A stretch of 64,000 nt of DNA from Eledone cirrhosa. Taxonomy: Eukaryota. The notes under the pieces are model-generated. The model searched no databases. It had not been told where the DNA came from and saw nothing but the letters and a program-made list of their open reading frames with translations. Location of the stretch: NCBI GenBank assembly GCA_964016885.1, contig OZ024741.1, positions 147,746,001 to 147,810,000 on the forward strand. The letters run 5' to 3'. The translations under genes were made by a program, and so were the position numbers. Below, piece after piece: positions 1 to 9,316 of this stretch. Position 1 is the stretch's first letter. Every line of letters begins with the position of its first letter.

Positions 1-174
1 CTCATATAACCAACAACCTTTTTTGTTTACTTTTGTTAAATTACATTCTAACCAAGTGTCGTTTACAAACGATATCTTTACATATTGCTTGCAAACATCT
101 CGGTTAAAGAACCAACAAATTCTACTACTTTATTCAATGTACGAGCTAGATATTCTATAATCGTCAAATATACT
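1..174 (-). repeat. Upstream inverted repeat of GPCR cassette 1 (runs off the window edge)
   Basis: Reverse complement of 2370-2543 (e.g. agctagatattctataatcgtcaaatatac vs gtatatttgacgattatagaatatctagct) and of 48341-48513. Confidence 0.9.
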
Positions 175-1069
175 CTCGTCTCACGCTACAGAAGCAAGGG
201 GCCCGGTTGCTCCAGTACCTAACAGCCCTCACCAACTGTCTCGTCCGCGCCAACTTGCCCTGCCATGCCCACGATCTTGTCTTCTCAGCCAGTCTGTCCG
301 CCGTAAGGAAGAATGACGGAGGTGTCCGAACGCATGGCGATGGGCAACGTCTTCCGACGACTTGCAAGTCAGTCAAAGAGGACCTGAGCGAGGTGCTAAA
401 CCCTGTCCAGCTCAGAGTGTGAATCAAGTGCGGATATGAGGCTGCAGTATTCCATAGGGCACGCGCCTCCTTCGTCATCCCACCTCCTTATGAAGCTGGA
501 CATGACATACGCTTTCAACAGCGTTCTTCCTCTTGAAGAACTGCTTCATCCTCCCCAGATTTATGTTCCCGCCGCACGGTTCACCTTGTCACCCCCATGC
601 AGATCTTCTCGGTGAACTCTACGCTCCATCCGATGCTGTGCAGAACTCATGTGCAATGTGAGTTTCGACAGTGCCGGCTGGCAACAGGCGAAGCTACCAG
701 CGAGGTACGGTGGCCTAGGCCTCAGACCCGCTTCGGATCTGGCTCTAGCGGCCTACCTTTCCTCAATCTCCTCCAGTAGCGTTCTCATCAGCGATGTCCT
801 CAGCATGACGGTCGAACATGACGTTGCCCGTCTGAGGAAAGAGTCCCGTGAGATGGGGTGGCTGTTGCAGCGGGTATCGCTGGCAATTGTCTGTGGAAAA
901 GGTCATGCGGTCTTTTCCGTTGGGCGCAGCTCCAACACCGCCACGCCCTAGACCCAGAGCCCATCCTCCTCCACTTCCCTCTCCCATTTTCTTTGACGCT
1001 AGAGCCCTTGCTTTTCCCTTCCTTTTCCGTTTTTAAATATTGATAAAGTTATTTTCACTGAAAAAAAAA
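175..1069 (+). mobile_element. Decayed CRE-clade-like non-LTR retrotransposon fragment (RT pieces, RLE-type C-terminus, A-rich end)
   Basis: Peptides ASLSAVRKNDGGVR..., LNPVQL.V.IKCGYEAAV, WQQAKLPARYGGLGL...LAAYLSS and WLLQRVSLAIVCG resemble CRE-type ORF motifs; A9 at 1061-1069. Confidence 0.7.
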
Positions 1070-1243
1070 GTAAAGATAATAATGTGTTAACTATATTGAC
1101 GTAATCTGCGAGAGTAATGCGTAAGATTTCAAATAGATTATTTCACTAAAAAGTTGATACACAGCGTTCTCTATTTGTGATTCAACCAGATATTTTCGAA
1201 GCTGCAAGAAGTAATATAAACATTTGGAGGAAAGAAAAAGATA

Positions 1244-2305
1244 ATGGATAACAAACAATATCCCATAGACTGTAATAACACTTTAGAGAAGTTAAGTTCT
1301 GAAATGGTGGATGTTATGTTTCCAGTAATAATGTATCTGACAATGATTATAGGGTTTGGATCAGTCGGAAATATCTTAGTATCTTATATATACTATTATA
1401 AATTTGAGAACACAGCTTCACATTTGTTGGTTGTAGCGCTTTCGATTTGCGATTTTCTTACTTGTATAATAAGCCTACCAATTGAAATTACGATTCTAAA
1501 TTTTCCATACACCTTTTACAGTGCTACTGCTTGCCGCCTCATGCGTTTTATTACTACTTCCACCGTAATCGCTTCATCATTGATTGTATTCATTATAGCA
1601 GTTGATAGATACTCACTTATCTGTCGACCTCTTCAAGTTCAATTTTCTCGTCAGAAGTCGAGGGAAATCATAGTATGTTTAATAATCACCGCCGCCATAT
1701 TAAGCCTGCCAAATGTTTATTTATACAACGCAGAACATCTCAACGTAAAAGACTGTGGAAATATTGGAAGAAAGTGTTCATTTACTGCGAAATTGAGTGG
1801 TACAATCTATCCTATAATCTATTATTGTGTATTGCTTCTTGTTTTTTTTGGTCTGTTTGTTTTTCTGGTGTTAATATATATAATGGTTGCAATACATATT
1901 TGGAGATTTTCCGCAAGAAATATGCTTAGACAGCAAGATGTAGAGCCAATTAAATATGCGCCCGAGATCCAAAATGAACCTTATAGTGGTACTGCTGGAG
2001 TTAATGTTGGTAAAAGACGATTAATGATTCCTCAAAAAAATATAACTTCTAGAACCAATATACTTTTGTTGACCATCATGTTCTTCTGGCTTCTGTGTTA
2101 TGTACCTCATCTATTCGGCCTAGCATACTGGAGGATGAACAAAATAGATTCCTTTGCCAACAAAAAACAAGGTGGAATTGTAATTTATAAGTTAACGATG
2201 TATTCTATTTACATTAATTGTGCTGTAAACCCATTCATTTATGGAGCTTTTAATACAAAGTTTCGTATTGAATTACAGAGTTTGCTTCGTCGATTTCATG
2301 AATAA
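1244..2305 (+). CDS. Intronless class A (rhodopsin-like) 7TM GPCR, peptide-receptor-like orphan, 353 aa
   Basis: Seven hydrophobic segments; GN in TM1, LSICD in TM2, Cys at top of TM3, AVDRY..IC, LSLP in TM4, CYVP in TM6, NCAVNPFIY in TM7, helix-8 KFR; ATG to TAA intact. Confidence 0.95.
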   Translation: MDNKQYPIDCNNTLEKLSSEMVDVMFPVIMYLTMIIGFGSVGNILVSYIYYYKFENTASHLLVVALSICDFLTCIISLPIEITILNFPYTFYSATACRLMRFITTSTVIASSLIVFIIAVDRYSLICRPLQVQFSRQKSREIIVCLIITAAILSLPNVYLYNAEHLNVKDCGNIGRKCSFTAKLSGTIYPIIYYCVLLLVFFGLFVFLVLIYIMVAIHIWRFSARNMLRQQDVEPIKYAPEIQNEPYSGTAGVNVGKRRLMIPQKNITSRTNILLLTIMFFWLLCYVPHLFGLAYWRMNKIDSFANKKQGGIVIYKLTMYSIYINCAVNPFIYGAFNTKFRIELQSLLRRFHE

Positions 2306-2369
2306 AATATTGAGTTTCTTGAAAATAGATACAAAAGTACGGAATTCTTAACTCTACAGATCTCACCAA

Positions 2370-3032
2370 AGTATATTTGACGATTATAGAATATCTAGCT
2401 CGTACTTTGAATGAAATACTAAACTTTGATGGTTCTTTAACCAAGATATTTGCAAGCAATATGTAAAGGTATAGTTGGCAAACGACACTTGGTTAGAATG
2501 AACTTTAACAGAAGTAAGCAAAAATTGTTGTTGGTTATATGAGAGAATGTATGAATTACAAGTGAATTATGTAAGGATAGTCTTTGGAAAAATTATAGAA
2601 AGAAAGATTTGTGTATGAATGCGATGTGCGTGTTTTTTTGCTCGATTGGCTTTACCTGTAAAATCTCTCCTGTGATTATTTCCTTAAACTTTCTAACCAT
2701 ATTACCGAAATGGCAAATATCTTTTGGGTGGTTGCTTGCTTTCTGCATTTGTACAAAGTCTGCATTGGGTAATTCCCAGGATACGCTATATCTAACACGA
2801 GCAGGATAACATCAAACAAAAGGGGAGTAAATTTGCCACAAACAAACAAAACGTAAATATATACCCCCGTAAAATCGCACATTTTACACATATCTATCTT
2901 CACGAACACTCGGAATAAGGAGACAGTGCAACATATGCTAAGATACTAGAAAATGAAATCAAGATTGTAAAGTAATCTCTTCTGTGTGACAGAATGAAAT
3001 TTGCTTTTACTATGATTAAAAAAAAATGTAAT
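2370..3032 (+). repeat. Downstream inverted repeat of GPCR cassette 1
   Basis: Inverted relative to 1-174; aligns in direct orientation, with indels, to 48341-49299. Confidence 0.85.
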
Positions 3033-3034
3033 TG

Positions 3035-3420
3035 ATCGTCGCAAATTATTCGTTTTTTGTTGTTTCAATCGAAGAATTCCATCTTAGAGACAGTTGGGCG
3101 ATTTACGCCAAACTTGTTTTATTCAGAGTATTTTCTCATTATGCAATGTTTTGGCTATTTACGAAGTTTTGCGGGTTATGTTAATTTCGAGGTATTTTCC
3201 CAGTATGCACCGTTGTGGCTATTTACGAAGGTACCCCCAAAACCTGCGAGTCTCGGGAAACCGGGGTCAGATTTTCGCAAAACTTGTTTTATTCAATTTG
3301 TATTCCCATTTCAGAGTCAACTTGCTTTCAAAGTATTTACCCATTATGCGCCCTTTTGGCTGTATTACATAAAAGACAAGCAAGCAAGCACGCAAGATCA
3401 GAGTTTTAGTAGTTTATAGA
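3035..3420 (-). repeat. Internally repetitive element with a Helitron-like 5' end
   Basis: Minus strand starts TCTATAAACTACTAAAA then (GCTT)3; three copies of gtatttt.ccattatgc...tggctatttac and two of gattt.cgc.aaacttgttttattca. Confidence 0.35.
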
Positions 3421-3651
3421 TAGATAGATAGATAGATTTCTTTATTTACCATAAAGGCATAAAAAGAAGGGACAAATACAAAGGGGGAGTTTACATATAA
3501 TCGAGTAAAAAGGGTGTAACATGAAAATAATCGAAAATAACCTCAAAAGGGAGGGGACGTGATGGGGGTTGCACACACCCCCGAAAAAGTGTGCAATCCT
3601 TTGCCCGGGGAGCACATGGAGAAGGTGCTCCCCTCTCCTTTACTTCTTTAC

Positions 3652-6600
3652 CTACAGGATGGTATACAGAGAAGGCCCATTTACACGAGCCATTCTCGCC
3701 ACTATCACCCACCTTTCATAAAACTGCCTGTGGCCAAGCACCTCTCTCTCCATTCTTATCCTTCTTCCGAAGTGATATCGGAAGAAGTAGACCAGACTAT
3801 GGCCAGAGAGGAAGTTGCCTGACCTCAGACCTTTCAATCGTGTCCACCAAACAACCTCTTTCAACATGGCTATTACGCACAGAAAAACCGCCTTTGCTTC
3901 CTTTGTGAAGAGGGGAGGCGGTTTGATTGTCATCACGGACTCGGCGGTCAATTTAATCGGCGCCACCCGCGACAGCAGTTGTTCGGCGTAGCCCCACAGA
4001 TCAGCCACGCCCGGACATTGCACCAATGCGTGCGCCACGGTTTCTTCGTGACGCACGCATCTAGGGCAAATCTTTTTTGAGGGATCCCTGCCCGGGCGCC
4101 CGTGTCTGTAGAGCCTCTCTCGAACGGGTAGAGCCCCTCGGTAGCACTGCCAGGCCAGTGACTTCTGGAAGTTGTCCATTGGTCCTGGGCCGAAAGTCCT
4201 ACCGAACAGGCTGGCCAGTTCGTCTTCTTCCATGTCCAGCGACTCTCCAAGGGTGTCATCGCCCCTGCTAGCCACCAGCCCTCTATAGAATGATGAGGTG
4301 GATTCTCCACCGATGGCCCGGCCCGCTTGCCAGAGAGCCCTGAGCGCCTGAGCACACTCAGTGTGCCAGTCTCCCAGTTTTCCGGATCTTTGCTTGACCC
4401 AGGACTGTAGCTCGGTGAGTGAGACGAGTCTCGGAAAGGCTCGTTTCACGAACGGAGCCCACACCGGTTGACCAGTGAGGAATACCTGTAGGTGCCGTAG
4501 CCTTAATGCGTGCCTACGCATTATCAACCACGGCATCCCCAGCCCTCCTTTTGAAGGTTGTTGGCAGCAGATGGATCTTCTCACCATAGGAGGACGCTTC
4601 TTCCAAAGAAATTGGAAGAGCATGCGTTCCATGGTGGTGAGTGTTTCCTTAGGGCAAGGCACGACAGTCAGGCGGTAGTAAGTGACGGACGCTATGTAAA
4701 TGTTCGCCACCTCCGCCCGGCCTTTTAGGGACAGCTTACACTTGGCCCATTTCTGGGTTAGTGCAAACACCTTGTTCGTAACCTCGTTCCAGTTCTTTTC
4801 CACCTGGAGGTCCGGTCCAAACCAGACCCCAAGCAACTTTACCGGGCCCTCCGTCCAGTGTCCGACGACACCGTCAGGAGGCATCGGTCTGCCTCTCCAC
4901 GTTCCGAGTGGCAACCCGATGGATTTTTCCCGGTTCAGTTTCGCTCCTGACAACCTTTCGTACTCCTCCAGTAAGGTACCGATCGCCTCGATCTCCGAGT
5001 CGGTCGATACCATTACTGTTACGTCATCGGCGTAGGCCGACACCGCTTTGCTCAATCCTGGTTCCAGGGGGATACCCTGCAACAACTCCAACTTCCTCAG
5101 TAAAGGCTCGAGAGTCAATACGTACAGAAGGGAGGAGAGAGGGCACCCCTGTCGAATGGATCGTGTGATTTCGAACGGCTTCGAAAGGTAGCCGTTCACC
5201 TTGATCCTAGAACAGATGTGGTTGCTATGTAGGGCAGTGATCCAGCCTCTGAAAACAGGACCGAACCCAGCCGCCGCTAGCACCGCATCCAGGTAACCAT
5301 GGTCGACCCTATCGAAGGCCTTAGACTGATCCAAGTTGATCAGGGCCCCACCGAAGCCGGGTTTGTTGCCAACCCTCTCTATGATGTATCGCATGAGGTG
5401 GAGGTTATCGTGAATGGACCTGGATGGGATAGCACATGTCTGCGCATCTCCCACCAGGCCACCCACGACAAGCGCCAACCTCTTTGCTAACACCTTGGCC
5501 AAAATCTTTAACTCTGTGTTTAGCAGGGTTATGGGCCGAAAATTATTTATACTATCCCCCTTGTTCTCGTCCTTCCTCACCAGCGTGACTACGCCCTTGG
5601 CTACAGAACAAGGAATTCTCCCGTTCTGCTGCCAATTGCAGTAGACCGCTTCGAGGAGTTCGGAGAAGAAGACCGGCATTGCTAAATAAAGTTCGTAAGG
5701 TATACCATCGAGACCTGGAGATTTGCGTCTGCTGCATTGGCTCAGCGCATCTCCGATCTCATCAGCCGAGATTGGTCCCTCGCAGGACTCTGCCTCTTTG
5801 CTCGAGAGACGCGGCAGGCCGTCGAGGTATGGACCGAAATCCACGCCCCGGCCCGGACCCTCGCCTCCCCCGAACAATCGGGCAAAGTGCTTTTGAAAGG
5901 CCTCGCACATCTGCTTAGGCTCCCGGATCACTCGTCCATCTTCGTCTTGCAACGACCGGATGGTGGATCGATTTCCACTTTTAGCTTCTGTCACGCGGGC
6001 CCATCCAACGGCTTTGGCCCCCTCATTACCTAGAGCACGTATTTTACTTCGAATGACGCAGCCTTCATGCTTTGCATCGAAAAACTGGTTCAAGGCCGTC
6101 CTCGATGCCAGCACTCTGGCCACATCTTCGCTCTTGATTGCCTCTTCTAATTTACCTGTTAATTCTTTCTCGTTTCTATTCCTACCGGCAGCTAACATCT
6201 TGCTATAACTTATTGATTCTGTTCTAATCTCTCTTTTGAGAGATGCCCACCATCGGTTGTTGACGATTGCACCCGTCAACCTCTCCTTAACTAATCTGCT
6301 AATCCGGTTTCTGTAAGTCTCTTTTGCCGGTAAAGACAAATTAAGTTTCCAGTAACCGGGACCCTGTCTATGTGTTTTCTCGAGATTGACCACGCAGGTC
6401 ACTAATTTGTGATCCGTGTAGCCAACTGTGCGCATTTCTGGACAGCTTAATATGTCCCTATCCTTACTTCTAACTAAGAATCTATCTAAGTACGATCTAG
6501 ATTGACCACTGTGGTTTCTCCAAGTCCAGGTAGGCACAGTTGGAAAATCTAGTCGATATCTATCGACCAAGTTAAAACGGTCGAGTAACCCCTTGAGGCT

Positions 6601-7089
6601 GTTACACCCCCCTCTATTAGGACATGCTCCTGCATAGTCCCAACGTGCATCTAGGATGTCATTCCAATCCCCCGCTAGAAGCAGGGAACGCGACGTTCCC
6701 AGAAAAGTCTCCAAACGCTGGAAGAAGTCGGGCCGTTCAGCTCCGAAAGGGGAGTAGACAGCGACCAGTCTCAAGGCCGCACTTTCACTACTGCCAACGT
6801 CTAGCACCAACAAACGACCCTCCGGGTCCGAGTGCACAACCTGTACGGCAAGACCCAGGTGTTTTTGCAGCAGCACGACAACCCCACCCCCACCTCCAGG
6901 TTGACAGAGAGATGCATGCACCTCAAAGTCATCGAAGGTGGGGGCCAGCTGCCGCATGACGCTGATTCGAGTCTCACAGATAACCATTACATTTATACTA
7001 CATGACCTGAGGTCATTTAGAAGCTTTGCTTGCTTCCAAGTTGAGCCCAGGCCACGTGCATTCAAACATCCTACTCTTAACACATCCAT
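3652..7089 (-). CDS. LINE ORF2: APE endonuclease + reverse transcriptase + C-terminal zinc finger, 1145 aa
   Basis: LNARGL, CET, AGDWN, YLDRF, TDH (APE); KSPGLDG, FRPITLLN, DQSKAFDRV, RQGCPLS, YADD (RT); CPRC...ETVAHALVQC. Confidence 0.97.
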   Translation of the reverse strand: MDVLRVGCLNARGLGSTWKQAKLLNDLRSCSINVMVICETRISVMRQLAPTFDDFEVHASLCQPGGGGGVVVLLQKHLGLAVQVVHSDPEGRLLVLDVGSSESAALRLVAVYSPFGAERPDFFQRLETFLGTSRSLLLAGDWNDILDARWDYAGACPNRGGCNSLKGLLDRFNLVDRYRLDFPTVPTWTWRNHSGQSRSYLDRFLVRSKDRDILSCPEMRTVGYTDHKLVTCVVNLEKTHRQGPGYWKLNLSLPAKETYRNRISRLVKERLTGAIVNNRWWASLKREIRTESISYSKMLAAGRNRNEKELTGKLEEAIKSEDVARVLASRTALNQFFDAKHEGCVIRSKIRALGNEGAKAVGWARVTEAKSGNRSTIRSLQDEDGRVIREPKQMCEAFQKHFARLFGGGEGPGRGVDFGPYLDGLPRLSSKEAESCEGPISADEIGDALSQCSRRKSPGLDGIPYELYLAMPVFFSELLEAVYCNWQQNGRIPCSVAKGVVTLVRKDENKGDSINNFRPITLLNTELKILAKVLAKRLALVVGGLVGDAQTCAIPSRSIHDNLHLMRYIIERVGNKPGFGGALINLDQSKAFDRVDHGYLDAVLAAAGFGPVFRGWITALHSNHICSRIKVNGYLSKPFEITRSIRQGCPLSSLLYVLTLEPLLRKLELLQGIPLEPGLSKAVSAYADDVTVMVSTDSEIEAIGTLLEEYERLSGAKLNREKSIGLPLGTWRGRPMPPDGVVGHWTEGPVKLLGVWFGPDLQVEKNWNEVTNKVFALTQKWAKCKLSLKGRAEVANIYIASVTYYRLTVVPCPKETLTTMERMLFQFLWKKRPPMVRRSICCQQPSKGGLGMPWLIMRRHALRLRHLQVFLTGQPVWAPFVKRAFPRLVSLTELQSWVKQRSGKLGDWHTECAQALRALWQAGRAIGGESTSSFYRGLVASRGDDTLGESLDMEEDELASLFGRTFGPGPMDNFQKSLAWQCYRGALPVRERLYRHGRPGRDPSKKICPRCVRHEETVAHALVQCPGVADLWGYAEQLLSRVAPIKLTAESVMTIKPPPLFTKEAKAVFLCVIAMLKEVVWWTRLKGLRSGNFLSGHSLVYFFRYHFGRRIRMEREVLGHRQFYERWVIVARMARVNGPSLYTIL

Positions 7090-7122
7090 GTGGGCGGCAG
7101 AGCCAAAGGAGAGTGTAGAGAC

Positions 7123-9001
7123 CTACCTTTCCGCTTCCCGGGGTTCGGGTTGCACGACTTCCATGGGGTCGGGGGTGTTGGGTGAAGGGGTGTCTTGTGG
7201 TGGTGTGGGGTCGTCGGTGTGTGGTGGGGTTGGGGTGTTTGGAGTTGTGTTGGGGAGGGGAAGGGGAGGGGGAAAGCTTTTTAGTAGGACGCGGTTTATG
7301 GGTTTGACAGAGGGTGGTCCTACGTCCTCCTTAAAATCCTTTTTTAGTTTTTGGTAGAGGTTCATTGGGATTTTTATTAGTTTTAAATGTGGGTGGTTTT
7401 CTGATGAAACAAAGTTTACACCTTCGGTTTGTACCGAAGGATTATTGTATATGAGTTCATTTAATTTATTATTGTTTCTGTTGATGTAAGTATAGTGTAA
7501 TGTCTTTTTTTCCGATGGTGTGAGTGTTTCGAAGAGGGGAGGGGCAGGTTTGGTTTTGTTTGTTGCTGGAGGGGTGTTTTCTGTTTTGTTAGATTGTGTT
7601 GCGATTTGGGTGGGGGTTGTTTGTCCTTGTGTGTTTTGCACATGTTTTCTTTTTTTCCTTTTAATCTGTCTGAAGGACTCCGTTTCTTCCTCCGAATTCG
7701 TTGGGTTATCTTCAGTGTTGGAGGGAAGAGGTATGTTTGCTGGTAATGTTTCCGTGTTGGTTTTCTTTGTGGGGGAGATGGATGTCACTATGTTAGACTG
7801 TGTTGTGTGTTGTGTCTGCGGTGGTTGTGTTGTTTTATTGAGTGAGAGGTTGGGTGGGCCTGTATTTTGTTTTGGGGTAATGTGTTGTGACTGTTTGTGT
7901 TGTGGTGGTGTTGTGGTGTTACTGAGGGACGGGTTGGGTGGGACTGAGTTTTGTTGTTTGTTTATCTGTTGTGGTGGTGGTGGTGGAGCTGGTGTTGGTA
8001 GCAGGGTTTTCTTTTTGTTGAGTTGGGGACAAGCGGCCTTCAGGTGCCCTCTGCCTGCACAGATATGGCAGGACGGCCTTCTCCCCTCCACGCTAATGTT
8101 TATATACCCGTGGTCCTCTAATAGGATTCTGTCGGGTATTTGGGCGATGCGTTCAGGCTTCATTTGTACTACCAGCTCTATACCTGTTCCACTGAACGCA
8201 TTGCCTGTGGTTTTCCCAATGGAAATCACGTTGTCATTTACTGGATCGATGAAGCCAGCTATGAGCCAGCAGTAGTCCACATCTGGCATCATTGCATCCA
8301 GCCATATGCGTTGAGTTTTTTTTCCCATATAAGATGGATAAAAGGTGAAATTTTTCGAACGAATCGGTGACAAAGCACATTTTTTTTGCCGCCGATTCGT
8401 TCTTCATGATAATTGCTAGGCTTCCATACAGTCTGTCTTTTCTTATGAAAGTTGTTTCATTCAGTACTTCTGCGAGTACTGTTTTGATATCTGCTTGAGA
8501 AGGCTGTTCAGGTTTTTTTGTACTGTTGTTGATGGTCCGAAACTTGACCGTTCGGCTTTCAATGTCTTTCGTGAATTCTTGAGGCATTTTTACCAATAAA
8601 ATACCATTCTCACCTTCACTTATGTATTGTTTTGCGTCCGTGATCCTTCGTACCACATCTGAAATGTTTTCCGCTATATAAGTCAAAGATTTCTTTGTTT
8701 TCTGTGCAAATGAAATTTTGTCGTCTGCTTTGTTTTCTGATATGATGTTATTTTCAACTGTTATTTTTTTGTTTGTTGTGTCTTTGTTTGTGTTATTAGT
8801 ATTGTCATGCAATTTTTCAAATTTTTTTTTTCCGTTGTTTTCGTCATTTAATTTTTTTTCCGCAGATTCGTCCGTTTTTATTTTCATTTTTCCTTCCTTC
8901 TCTATGACGTTAGTTGGGAAGGAAGGGAGGACTAAAGCGTGCGAGCTTACAACTCTTACCGCTGTCCCCCCACCACTATTTTCGTTCGCTGCGTTTAACA
9001 T
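7123..9001 (-). CDS. LINE ORF1 (zinc knuckle), split by one frameshift near 8385
   Basis: ORFs 8234-9001 and 7123-8373 join if one A is removed from an A8 run (A7 in copy 2 reads AAKKYALSP); CHICAGRGHLKAAC knuckle. Confidence 0.85.
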
Positions 9002-9238
9002 TTCTGTTAGACGATTGAAATTTTTTACACAAAATTTTTTTTTAAAACAGGTTTTTCACCTCTAGGAGGGGTAAAGATGAGCTGACCCACCGCCTGACAG
9101 TTCAGACGGAGGGTCAAGCTACACAATTGTATCAAAATTAAGTTTGAACTCACAAAATTTCCTCAATAAATTTGAACAAAACTTCTGTGCGAAGTGAATG
9201 ACATCCACACTGTAGAACAGACGACAGCTAGATTATCA

Positions 9239-9316
<78 letters not shown>
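9239..9316. repeat. (GATA)n microsatellite between Tx1 copies 1 and 2
   Basis: Direct reading; shorter tracts at 3416-3437 and 15138-15160. Confidence 0.98.

Larger units (their letters stand above)
3438..9235 (-). mobile_element. Tx1/L1-clade LINE subfamily A, copy 1 (full length)
   Basis: 5'UTR, ORF1 with CCHC knuckle, 33-bp spacer, intact ORF2, 3'UTR with AATAAA; (GATA)n on both sides. Confidence 0.95.

Noticed and set aside
3948-8275. Numerous antisense and alternate-frame ORFs over the LINEs (also at 9.4-19 kb, 37-39 kb, 50-54 kb and 62-64 kb)
   Set aside because: Shadow frames of TE coding sequence; they recur only because the elements are duplicated
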